Shown: one piece after another, positions 8,873-18,800 of the stretch
Layout: every line of letters starts with the position of its first letter
Numbering within the stretch: the first letter of the stretch is position 1
NCBI GenBank assembly: GCA_963693365.1
Contig: CAVNZM010000003.1
Coordinates: 10,198,101-10,262,100, forward strand
Reading direction: 5' to 3'
Length of the DNA stretch: 64,000 bases
From: Amoebidium appalachense
Lineage: Eukaryota; Protista; Ichthyosporea
The notes under the pieces: model-generated
The model's input: the letters and a program-made list of their open reading frames with translations, nothing else
Databases searched by the model: none
Told to the model about the DNA's origin: nothing
Made by a program: the position numbers and the translations under genes

Positions 8873-10612
8873 ATGGCAGCCCCCTACGACGCCTCCGTGC
8901 CCCTCAACATGGCCTACCACAAGCTGACGGACGCCGGCACGTACTCGCCCGTGGAGCTCAGCCACATCAACCGCCGGTCGACGGTCAAGACCTACCCGGT
9001 GACCGGCGCGACGTACAGCTCAAAGGGGCAGCGCGTGATTCGGTTCTCCCTGCCGGCTGTGGGCTTCCTGGACTGTCTCAACTCCTACATGACGTTCCAG
9101 TTCAAGGCCAACGTGCCCAACGCCCCCGAGTACGTGGGCGTGAAGGTGGAGAGGCTGCGCAGGTTCCCCCTCCCCGGTCAGCTGGCCCACCCCCTCGAGA
9201 TCGGCACCACCATAAGGGACTACGAGGGCACCACCGTGCCCCAGAGCGAGACGTTGGCCAACAACACCCTCAACGACAACGCGGTGGCAACCGACATTTT
9301 CCCCCTCAAGGTCCGCAACCTGGAGGGGATGGCCATGATGGGGGGCCACCTCTGCTCCTCGGCCGCACCGTTTGAACGGGCCCGTGTGTCCATCAACGGC
9401 ACCACCGTCGAGGACATTTCAGGCTACAACCACCTGATGATCAACCTGGAACGGTTCCTGTCGTCGGCCGACTACGGCAACAGCCCCGCCGGCCGCATGC
9501 ACGGGACGTACAGCCCGCAGGACGCCGACTGGGAGTATGCCGACAAGTGGAACACCGCCACGGCCGCCCAGTACTCGTGCTTCAAACCCGACCCCCTCAA
9601 AAAGCTCTTTGGCATCGAGAAGGCGAGGGGGACGGACCCGTTGCCCAACGAGGCCCTGTTTGCCCCCGATGTCGACAAGCTGCCGGGCAAGGACGGCATT
9701 CCTGCCGACCGCTTCCTCGACTACACCGCCCAAGCCGCCAAGTGGCCTCCCCACCAGGCCAACATCCAGGCCCAAATCGACGCCACCGACGGTTTCACCT
9801 ACATTCACCAGCTCAAGCTCGGCCTCATGCGGTCCGGCCGGTACCTCCCGCTGTCGTACATGGGGGAGGTGCAGATCGAGCTGTCGTTGGGTGAGGCAAA
9901 CCAAGTGTTGTACGTGCCCACCGAGAACGAGAATTGGCTCAAGGACGTCTCCTACGAGATCATTAACCCCGTCCTCCACTGCGAAATCATCGAGTGGAAC
10001 GCCGTCTACACGGCCGGCTTCGAAAAGGCCTTGATGGAGAAGAACGTGTACATTCCGTACAGCACGTTCACCCACTTCCAGAGCTACGTCAAGGGGGGCA
10101 GCCCTGCCGACCTGCACATTTCGTTCCGGGGGAGAAACGTCAAGTCCCTGCTCTCCCTCGTTCGTAACGGCAACACGTGGGCCCAGGCCGGCTACGAGTC
10201 GTTTAGGTCGGAACGCAGCAACATAACGAGCTACCAGATCAAGATAGGCCCCTACCAGAAGCCCCTCGACGAGATTCGTGTGTCGAAGAACAACTGCGCC
10301 GAGGCATGGGCCGAGCTGGCTAAGGCCCTCTACTTCTTGGGTGACGTCACGGCCGATTGCATGTACAACTCCACGTCCTGGCCCGACAAGCAGTTCATGA
10401 TCGCCCTGGACCTCGAGAGGGACCGTGACCTGTACTCTGGGCTCGACACCAGCTCCGACGCCACCCCCATTCTGCTGCACCTGAACACGGAAAAGTTCTC
10501 CGCCGGGGTCGGGGAACCCACGGTTCAGGACGACCTGACCCTCGACACCTTCGTGCACCACGAGAACGTGCTGGTGCTGTCCGGTGCCCGTGAGGTGACG
10601 GTGGAGGCTTAA
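8873..10612 (+). CDS. Major capsid protein (double jelly-roll, PLV type)
   Basis: Start in GCCGCCACCATGG context; ~580 aa. N-terminal IRFSLPAVGFLDCLNSYMTF, FERARVSINGTTVEDISGYN, RYLPL, C-terminal FMIALDLE...SGLDT; directly follows the ATPase. Confidence 0.88.
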   Translation: MAAPYDASVPLNMAYHKLTDAGTYSPVELSHINRRSTVKTYPVTGATYSSKGQRVIRFSLPAVGFLDCLNSYMTFQFKANVPNAPEYVGVKVERLRRFPLPGQLAHPLEIGTTIRDYEGTTVPQSETLANNTLNDNAVATDIFPLKVRNLEGMAMMGGHLCSSAAPFERARVSINGTTVEDISGYNHLMINLERFLSSADYGNSPAGRMHGTYSPQDADWEYADKWNTATAAQYSCFKPDPLKKLFGIEKARGTDPLPNEALFAPDVDKLPGKDGIPADRFLDYTAQAAKWPPHQANIQAQIDATDGFTYIHQLKLGLMRSGRYLPLSYMGEVQIELSLGEANQVLYVPTENENWLKDVSYEIINPVLHCEIIEWNAVYTAGFEKALMEKNVYIPYSTFTHFQSYVKGGSPADLHISFRGRNVKSLLSLVRNGNTWAQAGYESFRSERSNITSYQIKIGPYQKPLDEIRVSKNNCAEAWAELAKALYFLGDVTADCMYNSTSWPDKQFMIALDLERDRDLYSGLDTSSDATPILLHLNTEKFSAGVGEPTVQDDLTLDTFVHHENVLVLSGAREVTVEA

Positions 10613-10655
10613 CTTTGAACTCAAAGGTGCAAATTGTGTGGGCCACCTAGCAAGT

Positions 10656-11033
10656 ATGAACGCGGCCATGGCCAACGTCAACGGTATTCCACTGGCGCCC
10701 ACACCCACGCAGGCGGCCGTGTACGGCTACAAGCTGGCACCCGAGGCCGAGTACGAGGCTGCCTACGCGGCCCCCTACCGGGCACGGCACACGGACGCCA
10801 CCTTCCAGGCCGGCGTGTACGGTGTGCCCTTCAGCCGGCTGCCTACCTTCAACAACCTGCCCGCCGACAACCACGTGCCCTCCATGCCCGGCAGGAGCGG
10901 TCTGGGCAGCAGGGGGCTCCCCCTCAACAGCAAGTCCTACTATGTCGACTTTACGCCCGTGAGGGTGGGGCACAGCAGTGACCCCCAGGGCAGCTTTGCC
11001 CGGCAACCCATGGCGCAGTACGCTGCGAAATAA
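10656..11033 (+). CDS. Hypothetical protein (125 aa), possible virion protein
   Basis: Codon usage like MCP; upstream AAATTGTGTG; AATAAA overlapping the stop. Confidence 0.65.
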   Translation: MNAAMANVNGIPLAPTPTQAAVYGYKLAPEAEYEAAYAAPYRARHTDATFQAGVYGVPFSRLPTFNNLPADNHVPSMPGRSGLGSRGLPLNSKSYYVDFTPVRVGHSSDPQGSFARQPMAQYAAK

Positions 11034-11066
11034 TAAACACCAGTTTACAACAACACCGTGTCCACC

Positions 11067-13914
11067 ATGTCCCCCAACGTGCAGCAGCCTCATGGGCACG
11101 CTGATGACTTGGACAAGCATTTGGGTTGGTTACAACATGTGGGCCATTACCGTGTCAGCTACAAGCACCCACACGAGGTCGCCGGGGAAACGTGGCGTGA
11201 GCTCCCCGTCGGTTTGTTTGGGTCTTTGCAGCAGCGGTTGCACCCGGATGAATACCGTAAGCTCATTAGGGAGGGTCCCGAGGCCTTCCTCAGGCTCAAG
11301 TACATGGACCCTGACCATGGGTCTTTGTGGGGTGGGCATCCGCCGGAGGTGGTTAAGGTGGACCTAGACTACATAGTGGACTACTACTCCCACCTCAAGG
11401 ACAAGTACGGTAGCTCATACGTGTGGAACAGACCTAGGGCACCCCCTCCCCCCTTGCCCGACGTGGCCCCCGTCCCTACACCGCCCCTCCCCCCACCTGT
11501 CCCGGTTGCACCCCCCGGCCGGGCTCCGGCCATACCGTATCCCCCCACCTCCCAAGCCACCTCCACCGCCCAAAACCCCTGCCCCAAACGCACCACGCCG
11601 CCGGCCCCATAACGAGCCTGCACCCTCCTTCGGGCCCCTGGCGCCCCATGTGGCCGGCCCCACCATGCCCACCCCGCCAGAGTCCCTGAAATGGGAGGTG
11701 CCTCCCCCGCCCCGTGTCCCCGTGGCCTTCCCCCCAGAGCTTGACCCACAGACTCCCACGGCACCCCACCTGCCGGCCAAGCCCAACGGTCCACCCATAC
11801 CCTTTCCCCCCTTGACGGCCCGGCCCCTCCCGACGTCCAAGCCAGACCGGTCGAGGCTGCCCGGCAAAGGGAAAGGCACCGGTCTGCCGGTGACACGGAC
11901 CAGCACAACCCGTCCTGGGTCACTGCCCGGGCCGGTGGCCGTGGCAAGCAAGCACGTCGACGTTGTGGAGCCTGCGGTAGCCCACGGACCCACCATAGCC
12001 CCGGTACAACCTCTACACACGCCTCCCGATGACGACGACGACGACGACGAGCCAACGACCAGTGCCTGGCCACGTCCACGGCCGGTTACCCTGGCCGGCA
12101 ACGACCCCAACCGCCCCTCCCCACTCCATGTGGGGGTCTTGGCACCCCATATGACCGGTCCCACCATGCCCACCCCGCCAGAGTCCTTGTATTGGAAGGC
12201 ACCCAAGGAACCGGCCACCCCCATACCCTTCCCCCCGGAGCTCTACCCACAGACCCCCATGGCCCCCCACCTGCCGGCCAAGCCACACGGACCCTTCCCG
12301 CCCCCCGTCGGGCTCTACGGACACCCACCAAAGACCCCCGTGGCACCCCACCTGCCGGCCAAGCCGGACGGGCCACCCATACCCTTCCCGCCGCCGACGG
12401 TTCAACCCCCGCCACAGTCACCCGCCAAAGGGAACGGTACCGGCCTGCCCATGGGTCGTAACGGGCCACGGCGGAGGCCGACTGCCCCGGCCATACCCTT
12501 CCCCCCACCACGACAACCGGCCCCGACGCCGTACCCCCAGTCTCCTGCCTACCGTGGACCCGACCCGCCGGCCATGATACCCCCACGGTCGCCAAAGCCT
12601 GGCGGGTGGCCGTTGCAGATTTGGGCTGAAGCCTTCCCCCTCGTGCCTGCGCCCTCAATGCCCGAGTCCCAGGCCCACCCCACAGTCACACCTACACCGA
12701 CACCCACCAACGAGCTTGATGTGTGGAAAATGAAACTGCCCTTGTCCAACGTCACGCTCTTGGACGTCGCAAACGCTCTGGCACCAGCCAACTACGAGTT
12801 CCAGGAGCCCATGTGGGACTTTGAGAAAGAGTTGTTGGACAAACACCCTGAGTATTATCAAGCTCTGCAGGGTTTCGCCCCGTACCAAGCCATCAAATTC
12901 GTAGCTTGGGGACTCAAGAAGGAAGAGCCCAAGGCCTCGAGGCAGGCCCTGTATGAGTACCGTGTGCGAGGGGGGAAGCTTTCAGACCTGCCCCTTGGTA
13001 TTGACGGTCCCACCCCCCCCCCCCCCCCCCCCCCCCCCACCCCCACCCCAGCAGCCATCGGCTATGACGGTGACGTGACGACGTACCCGAGCACCAAGAG
13101 GGCGGTCTCGCAAACGGGGGGTGCTGCTGCCGTGTGGAGAGCCCCCACGTCCCCCGCCCGACCCGACGAGGAGGGGGAGGGGGTGCTGAGTCCCTTTTGG
13201 CAGGGGTTGCGGGAACACCTTGACATGCTCGGGCGGGAGAGCCCGGAGGAGTTCACAAGGCGGGTGAGGGAGGACCAGACAGGGTGGGACCACCCTGCCG
13301 TGGCCTCGTACGTGAGGGGGGTGTTCATGGGGGCAGCACGCCAGCTTCTGGGCAACGTGGTAAGGGGCCACCATGGTGACGGTGGCCAGCCTGCTATTGC
13401 TAACGGCGGCATTGGTGACGGTGGCCCGAACCTGCAGGAGGCTGTGTTGGGGAACCGTGACACCCTCGGAGAACTCCAGAAGGTAGCAAAGGGGGTAGCT
13501 CTGCACATGCTGAAGGTTGCTACCAAAGGTAACGACACTGGCGTACCACGGCTACCGTACACACCGACAGCCACGGCTACTGCTCACCCCACCCCCACAG
13601 GCAACCCCACGTGGCCACACGGTCCGAGCTTCCCCGTGCCCACCCCCACCGGTGCCCCTGCACCCACAGCCACCCCTGGGCTGGCGGCGGCCGTGCACCA
13701 TCATGCCAACTACGGGAGGGGGGACATGCCCAGGCACCCACACCACCCGCACGTGCGTGCACACGTGCACAGGCCAGGGGTTGTGCCGGCCAGCCATGCC
13801 GCCGGGTATGTCGAGGGTGGCCCGGTCCCTAAGTCTGCCCGTGGGGTGTACCGTACCAAGACATCCAGCAAGGAGAAGAAGAGAAAAAAGAGGAAGAAGG
13901 GTGCCGGCAAATAA
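11067..13914 (+). CDS. Large proline-rich protein with internal duplication and basic C-terminal tail; frameshift in C-run near 11541
   Basis: ORFs 11058-11612 and 11506-13914 join at TATCCCCCCACC. Duplicated block LAPHxxGPTMPTPPESLxW...FPPELxPQTPxAPHLPAKP; C-terminus KEKKRKKRKKG. Confidence 0.65.
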
Positions 13915-13942
13915 TCTACGTCATTAGGCAGCAGCAGCAGAC

Positions 13943-14164
13943 ATGGCACACAGCACCGAGCACATGCGCATGCACGCTTTGCCCCACACGCTGGCACCCC
14001 TCCCCGTACCCCTACCCTACCGCGCCCGACCCGCACCACAGACCCGCCCGTTCTACGGCCCGGGCAACGTCGTCGAGGGGCCAGGGGGGACCATGAGGCC
14101 CAGACCCCCCACCTACACACCGTGGCCCGTGGCCGCCGACCAGAGCTCCTTCCAAAACTTTTAA
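13943..14164 (+). CDS. Small Pro-rich hypothetical protein
   Basis: ATG-initiated ORF filling the gap between neighbouring genes. Confidence 0.45.
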   Translation: MAHSTEHMRMHALPHTLAPLPVPLPYRARPAPQTRPFYGPGNVVEGPGGTMRPRPPTYTPWPVAADQSSFQNF

Positions 14165-14203
14165 ATATTGTGTGTGCTAGTGTAAACAGCCTGCAGCACC
14201 ATC

Positions 14204-14395
14204 ATGGAGCTCAACCCCGGCGGGCCCCCCACACGCAAGAGGCCGTTCATCTTCCCGGAACAGAACAACAACCTGAATGTCATGGACGTGTCCACCATAC
14301 GGGACTTTCGGCAACGTCCCCTGGCCTACACCGTAAAACTGTCCGGCGTCAACGCCAACAGACCCGTTCGTACGGCCCCTGTGGTGTTCAAATAA
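14204..14395 (+). CDS. Small hypothetical protein (63 aa)
   Basis: Upstream motif present, ATCATGG start, AATAAA at the stop. Confidence 0.55.
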   Translation: MELNPGGPPTRKRPFIFPEQNNNLNVMDVSTIRDFRQRPLAYTVKLSGVNANRPVRTAPVVFK

Positions 14396-14526
14396 ACCTG
14401 GGCGGGTCGTCGGTAGTGTGGGCACGTGCTGGCACACCCCACTACCACCCCACGCCTGCCACAACCCCATTCTATTGTGTTCAGTGTTGTCTCTAAACGC
14501 AGAGCAGGTAGCACCTGGCTACCCGC

Positions 14527-15408
14527 CTACAGGCAGAACATGTTGTGTTCCACTAGCATGTGGTAGTTTTTAAGGTCCCTCTCCAGCCGTGCCCACACCC
14601 TATCGCTCTTTACTCTAGTCACTTTGCTTTTGACCGTGGGCACCAGCCTGGCTATTACTCCCGCGTCCATACCACGCACTAACCCTACCATTTTCACCAA
14701 CAGGAAGGGGTACCCCACAAAGTTCTTCCGTGTGTCCTCCTTGTGTCTCCGGTGCCACGACAAGCAAAACTTAAACATGCCCGTCAAGACCTCCAACTGC
14801 TCGCACGTAAACCTGGGGAGGGGGTGCCCATACAACCTGTTAAGTATGTAAGGCACGCGTGTGTAGTGTTGGGTGAGTTTGCTCTGTCTCAGCACCCTCC
14901 TTGCCTGGTCGGCGTTCTCTATGCCTTGCACGCCCCTGAATGCTGCCACCACCCCCTCCTGCATGTCACCCATGGAAGCGTTCAGGCCCGGCACCGACTG
15001 CAGCAGCTGCTTGAAGTGGTTAATGTGTCTGTATGGCTGTGACCTCTTTCTGTCCCAGAAGGCCGTGCACCCCTCATACGTCTTCCTCCCCTCCCCGTCG
15101 CTGCCCTCCCACCCCCTCCCGTCGTACACCCAGTCCTCCTCCTCCCCCTCCCCCTCCTCCCCCCCTTTCCCTCCCCCCTCCTCGTACACGTACTCCTGGT
15201 CCCCTCCGTCGTGCTCGTATTCGTCGTGTTCCCCCGTGCACGTCTCCCTCTCCTTGCAGTATGCCCACCAGCACCCTTGTGTCTGTGGCCGTGGCCGTGG
15301 CTGTGTGGTGGTGTTGCAGTACATGTCGTGGAGGAAGGGGCACAGGTCTAGCAGCTTCTCAGGGTCCGTGGTGTTGGCCACCATACTTAGCAACGTGTCT
15401 TCGTCCAT
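14527..15408 (-). CDS. VLTF3-like late transcription factor (poxvirus/NCLDV family)
   Basis: YRHINHFKQLL, LRQSKLTQHYTRVPYILNRLYGHPLP, MFK, RKNFVGYPFLLVKM, PTVKS...KSDRVWARL match the VLTF3 pattern YxRxNHF...RKNFLxYxYxLxK...LKS...QDxIW in order and spacing. Confidence 0.85.
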   Translation of the reverse strand: MDEDTLLSMVANTTDPEKLLDLCPFLHDMYCNTTTQPRPRPQTQGCWWAYCKERETCTGEHDEYEHDGGDQEYVYEEGGGKGGEEGEGEEEDWVYDGRGWEGSDGEGRKTYEGCTAFWDRKRSQPYRHINHFKQLLQSVPGLNASMGDMQEGVVAAFRGVQGIENADQARRVLRQSKLTQHYTRVPYILNRLYGHPLPRFTCEQLEVLTGMFKFCLSWHRRHKEDTRKNFVGYPFLLVKMVGLVRGMDAGVIARLVPTVKSKVTRVKSDRVWARLERDLKNYHMLVEHNMFCL

Positions 15409-15863
15409 TTTTCCGTGTCAGTGTGTGTGTGTGTGTGTGTTTCGGCCGAAGTTCACCTAATTCGTGATGTTGACTGTTTTTGTGTTGGAAAAAAGTGACG
15501 TGTCTGTGCACACGTGTGTGCCTTTTATATGTGCTGGTGCCTGCTCTTTTTGGCAAGTCTCCCACCCTTGTAGGCATGTATGGTTCCGGTGTTGGTGTTG
15601 CTTTTGCCGAAGGACACATTGGACATGCTTGGTTTTGCATTAAGCTCTGAATTTATTGGCTGCTTCCCCTCGTGCATACGGTGCACGTGGTGTATGCCTA
15701 AAAACACCATCTTTTTCCTCTTCTGCCGGTGACCCCCCTGCCCGAGCACTCTACACCCCATTTTTCTTTCTTCTAATGCTAGGTTAACAAACACACCATA
15801 TAATTTTCACTGCTAGACTACCTCCAAACTGACCCCCCTCCCTCCCCCTACCCCTCCCCCCAC

Positions 15864-18800
15864 TCAAAACTGCAGGTTCCCCTCCGGTGCCGCCCACCCG
15901 ATGGGGTAGCTGCGTACACTGCCGTCGGCCGCCTCGAACACCCCCCTCTTGTCGAACGCCCCCGACTGTGGCTTGCGCTGGTCCTTGCTGGCCAGGTGGT
16001 AGTTGTGGGGGACCCCGGGCACGGGCTCCCGCAGCAGCCGGTGGTTGGTGACGCTCACACTCGGCAGCTCGCCATGCACCAGCATGCGCAGGTTGGGGAG
16101 GTTCACCATGTCGGCCGCCCGGCGGGACAGGGTGATGCCCTTGACCTTCACGTCGGTCTTGCCGTCCTGGGTGCGGTAGGCATACGTCTTGGGGGCCACC
16201 CCCACAAACTCGACGATGGGTGTCGACGTCTCGTTCTTCCAGTTGCCCAGCAAGTCCCCGTTGGTGGAGTCAATGTTGTGGCTGAGGTGGGGCACCCTGC
16301 TGTCGTAGTGGTACACGATGGAGTCGGTGTCCATGTACACCACCTGCTGGGGGGAGAGGGACCGGAGGGCCCCGTAGAGGTGCAGCCGGGCATGGGCCGT
16401 CACGAACGTGCCGATGGCAATGTTGGCGTAGGAGGGGGGTGGGGCCGTCTCCTTCTTGGGCCGGTACTTGATGGCCACCCTCTGCTCACCGATGGGCTCG
16501 ACGTCGAGCACCAGCAGGTTGGGGTTCGTCACCAGCAGCCTCAGCCTGTCGACGTCGTCGACAAACTCGATGGTGTCCAGCCCTGCCCTCTGCACCAGCT
16601 TGCCCCAGAGGCTGTTCAGAAACAGCTTGCTGATGGTACGCAGGGCCGGGTTGGGCTCGAACTCGTGGGCGGCCACCGTGATGCCGTAGTGCTCCTTGAA
16701 CAGGTGCACGAGGGCGGGGATGTCGGCCGGATCTACGGTGGTGCTGGTGAGCTTCACCTTCAGGAACGTCTGCACGTACTTCCGGAAGAGGTTCTTGGTG
16801 CGTTTCTTGAAGTGCACCACGTCGTACACGTCGAGGATGGTGTACCCATCACGCACGGCCACCTTCAGCTCCTCCGTCGTCCACGTGCCCACCAGTGCCC
16901 TCTCCTCGTCCGTGTGTGTGCACAGTGTGTGCTCACGCACCCGGGGGTTGCCGTCCTCGTCCATGCAGGTGGCCCGGGCCTCCTCCTTGCTGCTGCAGGC
17001 CCTGCACAGCACAAAGCCCAGCTTGTCGTACCCCTGGGCACCCGTCATACGCACAGGCAGCACGGGGATGAACAGGTCCTTGGGGGGGAGCACCCTTACA
17101 CGTGCAACACCAAAGTACCCCTTGGTCCTGGCCTTGGGGGAGCCGGGGGTCATACGGCACGTCTTGTCGAGCCTCTCCTTCAGCACCCGGGCATCCGTGA
17201 CGATGGCCGTGGGGTGGTCCTCCGTCTTGATGGGCAGTGACGTGAACCACTGTGACTTGCCCACCGGCATGTACTTGTCAATCATCACGTACGGGTAGAG
17301 GGAGGTGACGTCGACGTACTTGAGCCCGGCCTCCGGCCAGTCCTCCTCCTTGACCTCGATGTGACGGGTGATGACCTCCGTACGGCCACCAAAGAAGGCA
17401 TCACGGAACTGCACCGGGCCCGTGGGCACGGGGGCCACCCTACCTGTGCCCTCCCTCCGTGCCGCCTGTGCTGCAAGGGCAGCCTTGACCTCGGGGCTCT
17501 GCCTCAGCCTGTCCCACCTGCACTCCCACATGCTCTGCACCTTGTGCCCCTGGGCACGGATGTACCTCTCGTGGGCCATGGTGCTGTCGTAGGCCTCCCT
17601 GGCCGGCCTCTTCACCACCCTCATCGTCAGATCCTCGTGCCTGTTGCAGTCGGGGCATCCATGGAACACACACCCGTGGAAGAAGTAGTGGGTGCACGTG
17701 CCGTCGTCGTGGGTGGCCTTGGCATCGGCCGTGGCCCTGCCGTGGGGGTCGTACCCGGTGGCCACGTGCCGTGCAACGTCGTCTGGCCCCACCCCCAGGC
17801 CGTGGGTGACGTAGTCGATGTACTCCTGCTCCTTCTTGCTGCTGTTCACGTTGCCCATGGTCTGGTCACGCATCACGGCCACGTCCTTGGGCATGGCCTG
17901 CGTGATCCAGAAGTGCATGGCCAGGGAAGCAAGGGTGACGCACGTGAAGGGGTCGATGCCCGTCAGCTCGATGAGTTTCGACATGAAGGCCTTGACCACC
18001 TGCTGCAGCAGCACCACATCCTTGACACAGTAGTCCTCGCACTGCTGGGCAATGTCGTAGCACGTGCCCGCCGGTGCCTGCCCCTCGCAGCCGTGCCTGC
18101 TCCTCCCGCCACCACTGCATGAAGGCAGCATGCTGCTTGGGCTTCATGTCCTGGGCCCCAAAGTCCTCGGGCCCGGGGAAGGGGATGTGGCCGGCCTTGA
18201 AGTTGGCAAAGGTGGCTGCACGGTGGGGGAAGTGGCCCTTCGTCTCCTGGCACCCCATGGCCTTGCCGGCGTCCGACAGCGACATGGTGAGGAAGTTGAG
18301 GGTGTCCACGAAGTTAGCTCCACCACCGTCGTGCGGCTGCCGTCCCCCCTCTGCCCCCCGTGCCTCCTCTTCCGGCCGGTGCCTGCTGCTGCTGCTGCTG
18401 CTGCCTGCTGCTGCACATCACCATGGCCATCACCATGGCCATCACCATGGCCATTGCCATCGTGGCCATGGCCATGGCCATCGGCACCATCACCATCACC
18501 ATCACCATCCACCCGCATGGGCACGGGGGCTGCTGGTGCACCGGCATTCTTGACGTAGTGGCGTATACGGCAGGACTTGATCTTGCTGTTGGCCATGATG
18601 GGCACGTACACGTAGTCCTGGCTGCCCACCACCCTCTTGGTCACAAAGTGGAAGTCAAAGCCACTGCCGTTGTGGCAGTACACCCGGCCGCCGGCATGGG
18701 CTGGTGTGTCGAACAGCCATGCCACCACCTTGTCAATCACGTGGTGGTGGTCCTCCATCAGCACATCCCACCCGTTCTTGCCGTCGGCCGAGTCCTCCGG

